Assembly (NCBI RefSeq): GCF_001194135.2
Contig: NC_068983.1
Span: 118,016,616 to 118,062,545, forward strand
Source: Octopus bimaculoides
Taxonomy: Eukaryota
Length of the DNA: 45,930 nucleotides
Reading direction: 5' to 3'
Position 1 is the first letter of the stretch. Each line of letters begins with the position of its first letter. The translations under genes and the position numbers were made by a program. Below the pieces are notes generated by a model that was not told where the DNA came from, searched no databases, and saw only the letters and a program-made list of their open reading frames with translations. Shown piece by piece: positions 1 to 11,890 of this stretch.

Positions 1-109
<109 letters not shown>

Positions 110-914
110 TGTGTGTGTGTCTAAGAGAAAACAGAAAATAATATCATTATAGCAGGTACTATATGTGTGTGTGTGTATACGTGTATGTATGCGTATATGT
201 TTATGCGTGTTGTTGTATAGCTCCTAATCAGCCCTAATTCAACTGAGTTATGATAAGTAGGTACAGCGTCATTTGAGCAGGTTCGAGCCACTCATCCATC
301 TATTCAGTTACGGCACGCTCCCACCTAACTGAGAATCACATTGCACTCTCCGGTAAACAGTGTAAATTGCATGGGCTGCAACATAATACATTGCACTCAC
401 TCTACTCTTTTGTTATGAAATGTGTGCAAAGATAGTGACAATGTTATATATGTGTATTTATCAGAGTTGAGTGGAAATATTTTATATTTGTAATGTTGCC
501 GTTGTCATTTGTGTCTTTTGCAGTGATTATACGTATAATTGTGGAGACTATAAGAGTTGGAACTCACTACTTTAACAAACTGCACCTCTTGTATGTCATA
601 TAGCTTTTCACTTGAAACATTTTTCTTTTCTTTTGTAATTTAACTCTGTGCAACCTGTGATAATGAGTGCTGTTTCGTATTCTTTATGGTGAAAAGAGAT
701 TGAGGGCCAGGAAGGGGTAGGATAGTCCATTTTCGATCAAATATACTGTTTGTACACTACAGCTGTTTTTACTTCTTATTGTCCAAATGTGATACTTGTG
801 ATATTTTGAAATTATTTCTACGTTGTTTTATTCTCTTGACTGTATTTTGTATTTATGCAGTGACTGTTGTAGACATGTAATTTCTAGTAATTTTGAGCAT
901 ACAAATGACAATTT

Positions 915-1620
915 TAGGTGGGGAAAAATTTATTAGACAAGATAAAGTAAATTTTCCTCTTCATTTCTCCAGAATTACATTTGAGAAAAGACATACCAAT
1001 CAATATCTACCCTTAGACATCAAAAAGATCAGAAGTGCAGCAAAAATTTTAAATATTTAATTCAAATTCAAAGAAGATCATGAAAAACTGGTACATGATA
1101 ACAAAGCTCTACTAAATCTAAAACCTCAACATAAAATATTCATTATAACTTCCTTACAATCTGCTGGAATGGCTCTATTCTTGATATATTTACGCATTTT
1201 GCAGTTAAAAAGAATAAAATTATTGAAATTAGTTATTACTCGTTTTGCCCCACTTCAGATATTTTTTATTTTTTGAAAATTATCAAATTAGACAGTATAG
1301 GAAAAAATTGACTTTGAATCCAACAGAGAAAAGAATATTGGTTGTTAAACATCAAAAGTTATCCTGACACTTTATTAGCAACCTCAATTACAACCGAATC
1401 AAAGCTGAAGAAAAATTTGTTGAAAAACAGTACCTGCCACCTGACAATGTGTCGAACTCTCTCAACTTCAACAACAATTATGCTGACTAACTTTTACATT
1501 TTTACTCCTAGAGATGATACAACAGTATAAAATGATGGTACAATACTTTCAATGTAATGGTTTCAAAGAGACAGCGGGAAAATAGGGATCAGAAATTACT
1601 CATTTTGCCCCATATACCTA
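915..1620. mobile_element. Possible decayed DNA-transposon remnant (Tc1/mariner-pogo-like terminus)
   Basis: TTACTC(G/A)TTTTGCCCCA occurs at 1236-1252 and 1596-1612, 360 bp apart. The second copy ends ATACC|TA, and a weak inverted partner GGTGGGGAAAAA lies near 917. No transposase motif was recognised. Confidence 0.3.
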
Positions 1621-2739
1621 TTTTGAGACTCCCGGCCTCATGTAGTAGTCCTGCAGTCAACAGCAGTGAACAGAACATCTTCACATGATACCTGTTTACG
1701 AATAGAAAGGTTGCTATTGTTAGGAAGCTTGGTTTCAGCTATAACACAGGTTGGTGACATGATACGAGCCGTCGATCCGTCTGGTCAGTTGTCCGACTTC
1801 CAACTCAGTTGTGACTCAGTAAATTTAATAAACAAATGAGAATGTAAACCTAGTTCGTGACAGTATAAATCATTCAACTACAGTGTTAAGTTTTCTGCGT
1901 TAGTCGTGTCAGCATGTAAGACAATTAGACAATCAGGCACGCACACATACGTAACATAGACACGTACTATGTCAAACTTACATGTACACATTGACAGATT
2001 CAAAACGAGAATTAAAATTACAAATGTTTAATACGACAATGTAGCCTCCGGGTTTATAAATTCTTCCCGCCCGATAAAGCATTCAACTTTCGTGAACTAA
2101 GATGTTTATATTATACCATGACAACAATATCTTCCAGAAATTTCAACTAAATTGATGATTTTATAGATATATTGCCCATGTTTGTTATCATTATTATCAT
2201 TATTATCACAAAAGGAAACTATTTCTTGTGAATAAATTCGTTCCTTTCTAAAAGCATTTAATCCCATCCTCATCGCTCTTTTTAAAATGTTTTAGGTTTA
2301 GGGAATCAGTATAACGTGTTACACTTTCAATTTAGATCGACCTCGGCTTTATTTTGTTCGTTTTAGGGGTCGATAAAATAAGTAACAGTCAATTATTAAT
2401 GATAGCTATAATCGACTATAGTTCTTTCCCCACAAGAATTGCAGCATTACACCAGCAATACACGAAATTCTTATTATTGCAGATATAATACAAACAGATA
2501 AATAAAAAGATTTCCCTTCTACAATTACGGACCTTTAAAATCTTAGTTAAAATCCTGTCAAAGTTAACTGCGGATTTCATCTTTTCAGAGTTTATTAAAC
2601 AAGTGCCAGGCAAGTTTAAAAAGTTGAAGTTGAATTCTGTTTCGAACCAGCAGGATCCTAAAACCGGAGTAATCTCACTTTCTCACTACTGGATAAGAGA
2701 GAATGTAAAACTTCTTCTTGAGCGAAACGCTAGCCCAGT

Positions 2740-2845
2740 GGAAGGTTAACTTGCAGCTGTTGCTGTTACTTATTTTCAGCTGAAACGGCTGGAGCAACAT
2801 AAAATGAAGTACTTGCTCAAACACACAACACTCCAACCGGTTTCA
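2740..2845 (-). mobile_element. SINE-C fragment (CORE/V-like body)
   Basis: CTGGAGCAAC..AAATGAAGTACTTGCTCAA..CACAACAC motif shared with the copies at 12300 and 37190. Confidence 0.6.
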
Positions 2846-3099
2846 TATATTTGATTGCATCATATCCCAAAATGGCTGGTCATGCTCATATGTTAGAAAT
2901 CGCTATGAATAATACTATGAAAAGGAGATTAGTAGAAACGGTAGAGTGCTGCGCAACATGCATTATATTATTTAATTTCTACACCATGCTGAGGAAAGAT
3001 TTATATGGATACAAATTATTTTGTCTTTTCATTAATAAACTTCTCATTTTGTCTCGAATTTTGCAACTGATTGGTTTCCTTAAAAGGAGCCCACTCATC

Positions 3100-3235
3100 T
3101 AAAACTTAGTAGCATTAGCAGCTGGAGGTTAACATTACAATGGATTGCTATTCAGTGTTAGGGATAGTCTAATACTTCCAGTCGCTTAACAGAAACCAGG
3201 GTAAGTTCTGATTAATGAGCCTACGAGCTTGAAAC
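3100..3235 (+). mobile_element. Highly diverged relic of a V/Meta-type SINE 3' region
   Basis: The order GGAGGTTAAC..ATGGATTG..AATACTTCCAGTCGCT..CAGAAACCAGGGTAAG..ATGAGCC resembles, from memory, the 3' module of deep-branching V/Meta SINEs. Confidence 0.4.
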
Positions 3236-3844
3236 AGATTTCATTTAAAACTTTTAAAATTTAGCTGGTATTTATTCTAACAACTCTGAAATGATAAAAT
3301 GTACGATCAGCTTTTGTAGAAAATTAACTAAGATTGTAGTGTGGAGTAATTATATACTGCAAACCTTATATCTGTGTCATGTGTTTGATAATAATGATTT
3401 CTTATATTGGTGATACAAAATCGCAGTTTTTGGTGGGATGCGTATAATCGAATATTTAGTGGGATTATTTGATAAATATCTGACCGTTTAAAGACCACTG
3501 GCTTAAGGCAGTCATGACAAGGAAGTGATCTTAAACTGGGTGGGCAACAGATTAAGTCTACCACCCATTAATAGAAATGCTCCTTCAATGAGGTGCTAAT
3601 AATTTCCATCCACTGAAATATCATACCATAAATTTCTAATCGAGATTATAGCAGAAGACACTTAACCAAGATGCTGCGTAGATTGGATTGAACTCAAGTC
3701 AAGCAGTGGCGGAGCGAACTTCAGCACATAGCCCTACCTACGTCTATTTCATTGGAGTCGTTTTTACAGCATGCGTTATAATAATGTTTGTTAATTTCTC
3801 CCAGTCTTTTCTACATATGTTCTTAGAAGTGAGAAAAACTGTGC

Positions 3845-4195
3845 TAGTTCGCTGTGTAGTAAGCAGCTGGCTTCTCAACCACGTGTTTCTGGATTCAGTC
3901 CGATTGTATGACACCTTGGGAGAGTATGTCTTCTACTGTAGCCTCCGGCAGACCTAAGTCATGTGAGTGTATTTGGTAGACGGAAACTGAGAGAAGCCCA
4001 TCACACACATGTGAATGTGTATGTGTGTGTGTGTCCCCGTATCTTAGTGGTTTGGTAAAAGAGAACGATAGAATAAGTGCTAAGCTTAGCACAAAAAAAA
4101 TAAATCGTCGGGTCGATTTGTTCGAGAAAAAAAAAAACCAAGGCGGTGCCCCAGCGTGGCCACATTCAAATGACTGAAATAAGTAAAAGATAAAA
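3845..4195 (+). mobile_element. SINE-B (tRNA head, CORE-like CCTTGGG motif, internal microsatellite)
   Basis: GTGTAGTAAG..GGATTCAGTCCC..CACCTTGGG..GTCTTCTACT..TTGGTAGACGGAAACTG; colinear with the copies at 6102, 9408 and 33899. Confidence 0.9.
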
Positions 4196-4787
4196 AATAA
4201 AATATATAGTCTACGTGAATTATATTCTCATGGTCACTTTTTGTGCTACATGTATAAAAACTTTTATTAACATTCACACATGGACTCCATTTTGTAGAAA
4301 GAGATTTCGTCAAATAAGACAGCCTATAAAACAGGTGGTATTCCCTTTTATTGACACACCTTCTCCGTCACCAGAAACGAAAAGCAAATTCAATCTCAAG
4401 AGAATTTGAACTACAAGGCGTTTAATCGGCGTTCTACTGTTTCTGCCAATACACCAACCATTTATTTGTTAAAAAGTATATAAAAGAATTGTTCCCTGCT
4501 CTGTGTTCATAACTTGATCGAAAATATTGATTGCCGGAAGGTAGGAAACAAAAGAAGGGTAGGATACATACTCCACGCACATCATATATCGCTTCATTGC
4601 AAAACCGATTTAGAATGTGTGTATTAACAAGTTTCACTGTGGCGTTATTAAAAACAAGGGTGGGAAAGAAACGAAAAATAAGGACTAGGGGAAAATAATG
4701 ATTTTTTTTCTTTTAATTTTTCACACTGTCGATTTCTATTTCTTCTTTTCTCATCCCCTTTCTCTTTCGGTGATATATATTGCATAT

Positions 4788-4945
4788 NNNNNNNNNNNNN
4801 NNNNNNNNNNNNNNNNNNNNNNNNNNNNNNNNNNNNNNNNNNNNNNNNNNNNNNNNNNNNNNNNNNNNNNNNNNNNNNNNNNNNNNNNNNNNNNNNNNNN
4901 NNNNNNNNNNNNNNNNNNNNNNNNNNNNNNNNNNNNNNNNNNNNN
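4788..4945. other. Assembly gap (N-run) flanked by AT/GT/GTAT microsatellites
   Basis: N-run seen directly. Other gaps lie at 10887-11108, 17240-17378, 19783-19792, 25891-26643, 27401-28004, 39825-40093 and 40873-41794. Confidence 0.99.
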
Positions 4946-5005
<60 letters not shown>

Positions 5006-5437
5006 ATGTATGTATGTATGTATGTATTTATATCTTTGTTTCGTTGTCGACGTATCTTTCCATCTGTTAATACTTTTGATCCTTATTTTTAATTTCTTTT
5101 CATTCACCATTTTGTTATTTCTGTCGCCTGAAACACCACCTTGCCTCCAATATCGTAATTTTTTACTTTATTTATTCATCCTTGTATTTTTATTGCATTT
5201 TATCGTTTGTTGTTAACTGATTTACTTTATTATTTTGTTTTATTCTTGTTGTTTTTCTTTTATTATTGTTTTATTTTTTGGAGGGGTGGGTTTGTCTTCT
5301 TTTCTCAGTTCAAAATGATCTTTCAACAGTGTTTGACTGGAAGATACGAAACCAATTGGAGACATGCTCTATCTTGAAATTTCAGAATTAATTATTCGAA
5401 GCAAATCTGCAGTTTTCTTTCCTTCTCAATCATTCAG

Positions 5438-5555
5438 TCCAGTCTTGTACATACTTGTATTAAAAAATAAAACAAAGCAGGGTACATACAATCCAGTCTT
5501 GCGTATACTTATATCAACAAAAGCTGGGAAGGATCCAATCTTGTGCATACTTGTA
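5438..5555 (+). repeat. Degenerate three-unit minisatellite (core TCCAGTCTTGTACATACTTGTA)
   Basis: Cores start at 5438, 5492 and 5534; the spacers share AAAGC(A/T)GGG. Confidence 0.75.
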
Positions 5556-5784
5556 ACCGAGCTAAGCAAGATAAAATCCGATTAGAAATAAGACACTAAA
5601 AAGATAATTTACATTACTTCATTTTCCTATAGCCGTTACATTTTTGTTTCTTTTCTTCTATTTTTCTTTGTTTCTTTCCATTGTTTTCTTCGCAACCGGA
5701 TTAACTTTGTCGTATATTTAGCCTTAACGAACATGTTATAGAAAAACAGTCTCATATGTATATGTGTACATACACATACACATT

Positions 5785-5804
5785 TAGATAGATAGAAAGA
5801 GGAC

Positions 5805-5884
<80 letters not shown>

Positions 5885-5940
5885 TGGTAGATAGATAGCA
5901 TACGTGAAATAAAAAATGACAGTCATACACACACAGTGAT

Positions 5941-5975
<35 letters not shown>
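5785..5975. repeat. (GATA)n and (GA)n microsatellites
   Basis: Seen directly. Confidence 0.95.
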
Positions 5976-6101
5976 TGTGTGGTCTGTGTTCACACTTCGT
6001 ATTTAAACATTGTGATATGAACCCGCAAAAAATCATATATACTGTTATCATATTATACAACATTTAATTTGAAAAATAGTAGTGGAATCATCAAAATACA
6101 C

Positions 6102-6567
6102 AGGGGCGTAGCTATGTGGTAAGAAGCTTGCTTCCCAACCACATGGTTTCTGGTTCAGTCCCACTGCATGATACCTTGGGCAAATGTCTTCTACTTTAGC
6201 CTCAGGTAGGCCAAAGCCTTGTGAGTGGATTTGGTTGACAGAAACTGAAAGAAGCCCGTCGTATATATTTGTGTGTGTGTGTATGTGTATGTGTGTGAGT
6301 TTCCATTTCTCCCCTACCACTGCTTGACAACCGGTGTTAATGTGTTTACGTCTCCGTACTTTAGCGGCTCGGCAATATAGACCGATAGAATAAACACCTT
6401 TTCTATATAAGCACCTTTTCAATATAGACCGATAGAATAAGCAGCCTTTTCTAGGCTTAAAACATAACAAAAAAAAGTATGTACTAGGATCGGTTCATTC
6501 GACTAAAAGTTCTTCAAAGCGTACCCCAGCATGGCCGCAGTCTAATGTCTGAAACAACTAAAAGATA
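6102..6567 (+). mobile_element. SINE-B, full length
   Basis: GGCGTAGCTATGTGGTAAG (A-box-like), GGTTCAGTCCC (B-box-like), CORE-like CCTTGGGCAAATGTCTT, and a 3' end CCCAGCATGGCCGCAG..GAAACAA..AAAAGAT. Confidence 0.92.
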
Positions 6568-6714
6568 GACCTTTGGATGGAGAAACATAGAAAAGTGTAC
6601 AGGAATTTTATTGACAGAATGTAGAAAAGGTAGAAAGTCGGAAAAGAGTGTTTGTGTCAGTCAGCGAAGGATTTGAAATGACATCAATGTGAAATCAAAA
6701 TGTGTTCTTCGTTC

Positions 6715-6804
6715 CTCAATCTATCTGTCTATCTATTTCTTAATCTATCTATCTGTCGATCGATTGATCGATCGATCTCTTTCTCTCTCTCCCACTCTCA
6801 CTTA

Positions 6805-6835
<31 letters not shown>

Positions 6836-6880
6836 CCTCTCTCCCTCTTTCTCTCCTCCTCTCTCTGTCTTTCTCACACA
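6715..6880. repeat. (TCTA)n/(TC)n microsatellite
   Basis: Seen directly. Confidence 0.9.
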
Positions 6881-6896
6881 AACACGCTGGATAAGT

Positions 6897-7284
6897 TGTT
6901 GTTGTTGGCACTCCGTCGGTTACGACGTCGAGGGTTCCAGTTGATCCGATCAACTGAACAGCCTGCTCGTGAAATTAACGTACAAGTGGCTGAGCAATCC
7001 ACAGACACGTGTACCCCTTAACGTAGTTCTCGGGGATATTCAGCGTGACACAGTGTGACAAGGCTGACCCTTTGAATTATAGGCACAACAGAAACAGGAA
7101 GTAAGAGTGAGAGAAAGTTGTGGTGAAAGAGTACAGCAGGGTTCGCCACCATCCCCTGCCGGAGCCTTGTGGAGCTTTATGTGTTTTCGCTCAATAAACA
7201 CTCACAGCGACCGGTCTGGGAATCGAAATCGCGATCCTATGACCGCGAGTCCGCTGCCCTAACCACTGGGCCATTGTGCCTTCA
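6897..7284 (-). mobile_element. SINE-A, full length, with target-site duplication
   Basis: The minus-strand head has A-box TGGCCCAGTGG and B-box GATTTCGATTCCC, and the tail is (CAA)n. TSD CTGGATAAGT lies at 6887-6896 and 7285-7294. Confidence 0.95.
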
Positions 7285-7575
7285 CTGGATAAGTAGAAAA
7301 GAGACAGCAAGAGATTATATAGACATAAATAGACAGGAAAAGTTCTTGAGTGAACCCTCAAATCAAATTCTACTGACTTAGGTAATACCGAACACGTTAC
7401 ACAATGCAACGCAGTCTTTAAAATAAAAACAAATGTGACTGTCACGGCTGGAAGACCTTTTAAATGGTAAAGATCTATTCGATCAGAACTGATTTGGGTA
7501 AAACAACAAAAGCATCAGCAACAATAAATAAAACGGTAAAATAGCACAAAATCAAAGGAATATAAATACAGAATT

Positions 7576-8019
7576 ATTGATTTTAAATTTTGGTACAAGG
7601 CCAGAAATGTAGGGGTAGGTGATAAGACGATTACATCGACCCAGTTCTCGACTGGTATTTATTTTATCGACCTCGAAAAGATGAAGTCGACCCCAACGGT
7701 GTTTGAACTCGAAACGTGAAAACGGACGGAAGGAAATGCTGAGAAACATTTTGCCCGGCGTGCTAACGCTTCTGCCATCTCGCCACCATTTAATACAGAA
7801 TTTTTTTTTCTACTCTAGGCACAAGGGCCAAAGTTTTTGGGAAGGAGGCCAGTCGATTAGATGAACCCCAGTACGCAACTGGTACTTAACTTATCGTCCA
7901 CAAAAGGATGAAAGGTAAAGTCGACCTCGGCGGAATTTGAACTCCGAACGTAAAGACAAACGAAATACCGCTTAGCATATCGCCCGGCGTGCTAACGTTT
8001 CTGCCAGCTCACCGCCTTT
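7576..8019 (-). mobile_element. Two SINE-E copies head-to-tail (7576-7790, 7803-8019), with different 3' subtypes
   Basis: Each copy has GGCGGCGAGCTGGCAGAA..GAGTTCAAATTCCGCCGAGGTCGACTTT-type sequence on the minus strand. An AATACAGAATT-like motif sits at all three junctions. Confidence 0.93.
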
Positions 8020-8944
8020 AAATGTAGGATTATTAACAAATAGCTTTGATTAAAAATTCTGTTTCTAAATATAGACTCTTAAGAGATGACAATATGTAAC
8101 TACCGAGAATAACTTTTTTGTATAGATGTTGTGAAGACAAAAACTGTCAGTCTAATGGAAGTCTTCGATTTAATAATGTAACTCTGGGCTTCTCTTTTTA
8201 TACTCACAAACATCTTCAGTAAAAGCAGATAAACCAAAATATGTTCACAATATGACATAGACGTTTACATGAGCAAAATAGACACTTTAATTGACAGAAG
8301 AATGTTTTCTATGACAAGTGACTGATATATATATATATATATACACACACTTTGCAAACTGTTCAACAATGGTCTTTTTATATTGCCTTGGGTATGTCTA
8401 TATGTATGAACCAGCAAGACAGTTCTCAGTGTGATAGCACTACCTACAATAAATATCATCTGAATCACTTATTGTCTTCTGTATGAAGATGTGCATGTAT
8501 AAGCCATTGAAAGAATATCTATACATAACTACATACGTATGACACCCCAGTGCTTGAGCCAAACAGCTAAATGTGCTAGAAATAACAGTTAATTATTTCT
8601 CAAACCACACTGTCTTGTGTATGAATATGTGTGTGCAAGAGAGAGAGAGAGAGAGAGGGGAGGAGGATGGTGGTGGGAGAAACAGACTGACAGACAGACA
8701 ACCAGACAGACAGATAGACATCCAGAGAAAATCAGCAGAGATGCGTTTATAATGTATCTCGACCTCTTAGAAATAACTGCCTAATCCTCTCAAACAACAG
8801 TCTTATGTATATTCACATGCATGATTGAACTAACCGTTGTAATTTCTTCATAGCAGATACACATTGTTGGAAAAACATCTATATCTTCCAGAAAGCACCT
8901 CAAACTATTTTATGTATGTTCACTGTGAAATCACTGTCTTCTAT

Positions 8945-8981
8945 GTTGTGTGTGTGTGTGTGTATGTGCGTGTTTGAGAAG

Positions 8982-9062
<81 letters not shown>
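8945..9062. repeat. (GT)n/(GA)n microsatellite
   Basis: Seen directly. Confidence 0.97.
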
Positions 9063-9068
<6 letters not shown>

Positions 9069-9407
9069 AACCAATATGGAAGCTTTCAAACAGTATCACA
9101 AAATGGCTGAAATAACGACCAGATTTCCCCAAAGCACATCTTATGTGTGTTTATGCAGCACCCAACAGGATAGACAAGTCATATATAATAGCTAATTATC
9201 CCTCAGATTACATTCTTTTCTCTCCTGTTACTTTAATACAATAGCTGGACATGGACATACCCCAGACATAACCAAGAACCTCTGATGATGCTAGTTAAGT
9301 TTAAAGCAGAACACATTGTAAATTTTAGTAATGTGACGCGTATATGTTTTCCCACATCGCCATATGGCAACACATCTATAGAGGAGGCTTTAATTGAAAT
9401 AAAATCA

Positions 9408-9778
9408 ATGTGATTGTATGGTAAGAAGCTTGCTTCCCAACCATAGGGCTCCAGGTTCAGTCCCACTGCGTGGTACCTTAAGCAGGTGTCTTCTACTAGA
9501 GCCTCTGACCGACCAAAGCATTGTGAGTGGATTTGGTAGATGCAGATTGAAAGAAGTCCGTCGTATATAAACATTTGTGTGTGTGTGTCCGTCACCACCG
9601 CTTGACAACCGGGGTGTTTACGTCCCCGTTCCTTAGTAGTTCAGTGAAAGAAATCAATAGAATAAGTAGCAGGTTTTAAAAAAAGCACCGAGGTTGGTCC
9701 ATTCTACTAAAAGATTTTTTCAAGGTGGTGCTCCAGCATGGCTGTAGTCTAATGACTGAAACAAGTAAAAGTAAAAGA
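9408..9778 (+). mobile_element. SINE-B, full length
   Basis: Same head, CORE-like motif and tail as the copy at 6102. Confidence 0.92.
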
Positions 9779-10533
9779 AACTAACTTACCACAATAAATT
9801 CACGTTGCTCCAGGAAGGACGAAGAACAAAGAATTATTCTTGGTGGGATTTGAACTCTGAACCTATAAAGGGACAAAATTTAATGCTGTTATAGTTATAT
9901 CCGTTGCTCTAAATATATGTTTAAGAATTGTATGCAAATATATGTGCAATAAATATTCACTTGTATATGGAATATAAGAATTTTGTATCTAGCGACAGAG
10001 AAACTAATATATGAAAGAAACGTTGTAGTGGAATGGGTAATGTCCCAGAAGCATGAGTCTCGGATCTGACCTCAAGCTATTTTATTTACGTGTCTAATGT
10101 ATTTGGAAATGCGATGTTTACTTTGTTTAATCTCATTTCCATTATTTACGCATAGAGACCCTTTACTCTCGAAGTCCCAAATGAAATAAAAGTTTTAAAT
10201 ATATATTCATGAAATGAATGTACCGAAAATCGTTAAGTACAAAGGCAGCCTCCAGCAATCCAATTTTTTTTTTTTTTTTTTTTTTTTGCTAATAGAAGCT
10301 GTTTCCCTTCTACACATATATGGTCATAAAAAATTCACCAACGTTACCGAATCTCATCTCCTGAACTTATTTTCTCTGTCAGTTTGTTTGCTGAAATCTA
10401 ACTTCATAAAATAAAGACCTTTTTTCACACAATATTAATTCAACATGTCAGTAATGATATATTAAAACAGCAAAAATTTTGCCATTTCTGATCAACTCTT
10501 CTTCTACGCCTCAAAATCTATTTTCATTATAAT

Positions 10534-10573
<40 letters not shown>

Positions 10574-11108
10574 TTTAAAGGAATAGAAAAAGATAAGCGT
10601 CATGTTTATAAGGAGCAATTAATCTTGTATAAAATGTTGTCAATTAGATTGATCACTTAAGATGAAAACAAATGATGTCTGGCGATTTTATTGGCAAATA
10701 ACATTTTTCCACTACAGCTAATTGAAAATAAGTTTTCTCTGGTTTAATAACAACTACGAATGTGGCACCATATTTTGTCATGGAAAAGCGATTTTTAACC
10801 CTTCATTACATCATTAACATCTTCGAATACATACACATATATACTACATATGCACACATGTACATCCATATATATATATATATATANNNNNNNNNNNNNN
10901 NNNNNNNNNNNNNNNNNNNNNNNNNNNNNNNNNNNNNNNNNNNNNNNNNNNNNNNNNNNNNNNNNNNNNNNNNNNNNNNNNNNNNNNNNNNNNNNNNNNN
11001 NNNNNNNNNNNNNNNNNNNNNNNNNNNNNNNNNNNNNNNNNNNNNNNNNNNNNNNNNNNNNNNNNNNNNNNNNNNNNNNNNNNNNNNNNNNNNNNNNNNN
11101 NNNNNNNN

Positions 11109-11162
<54 letters not shown>

Positions 11163-11339
11163 TGTGTGTGTGTATGTGTGTGTGTGAAAACATTGTGAGT
11201 ATAGTGTCTCTGCAATTAAACATGCTATCCATAGCAGTACACGAAACTAGTATTATTAAATGAAAAGATACCACTAAATATCAGAAAATGTCCGTGTAGT
11301 TTTGTTGCTGGTTTAGGTTTTAATATTTAACCATGCTTT

Positions 11340-11548
11340 AAGGAGGTGAGCTGATAAACTCGTTAGCTCACCCGGCAAAATGCTTACCGACATTTCGCCC
11401 GTCTTTACGTTGTCAGTTCAATTTCCAAGGTAGACTTTACCTTTCATCCTTATGTAGTCGATAAAATAAGTACCAGTTGAGCACTGGGATCGATCTAATC
11501 GACTTCTCCTTCCCCCGAAATCGCTGGCCTTGTGCCAAAACTTGAAAT
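11340..11548 (+). mobile_element. SINE-E
   Basis: GGAGGTGAGCTG..GTAGACTTTACCTTTCATCC..GCTGGCCTTGTGCCAAAACTTGAAA, flanked by AATATTTAAC(C/T)ATG. Confidence 0.9.
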
Positions 11549-11699
11549 CAATATTTAACTATGGTGACAGAGTTAGATCGTCATTTACTACAGATTATCT
11601 GAGAGGTAGAAAAACTATCTTGTTAACTACTAAGTTGTGATCTGACAGGACACTCTTAATTCTTAAACTTTGCTGCTGTGGTTGTCGCTATCGCCGTTC

Positions 11700-11890
11700 T
11701 CCTGGTTCTTGTTCTTGTTGTTCTTGTTTAGCGCCAGCTCAGTCCTGGTTGAACACATCTGTGATCCATAGGCTTCCAGCTTTGACCATACTGTCTTTAT
11801 TTAGACATAATCTAAGACTGCACAGTGCCAGGCGTTCTTCCTTTTCAAAAAAAAAATCGCAGTGTGATTTGAAAGAGGTGTGTCTGAAAT
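11700..11890 (-). mobile_element. Repeat family D (SINE-like, CAA tail); related copies near 7440, 8560, 8760, 13870, 14810, 31715, 33735 and 37960
   Basis: Shared GTTTAGC..CAG.TCAG.CCTG.TCGA.CA..CCTATGATC..ATTCCAGC..TGACCAT.C.GTC..GTGTGATTTGA..GAG motif string across copies. Confidence 0.7.

Noticed and set aside
3182-3206. Mini-exon ending at a perfect CAGG|GTAAGT donor
   Set aside because: It lies within an apparent old SINE 3' module, and no convincing acceptor spacing was found.
6689-7445. ORFs such as RRRGFQLIRSTEQPAREINVQVAE, repeated at 12765 and 30681
   Set aside because: Chance open frames within SINE-A copies.
8126-8221. CCxxxxC as a Ly6/three-finger terminal exon, or NGSL..NVT as an Ig strand
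   Set aside because: There is no GPI-type hydrophobic tail in frame and no D-x-G-x-Y-x-C motif; it is kept only as part of the LamG-like candidate.
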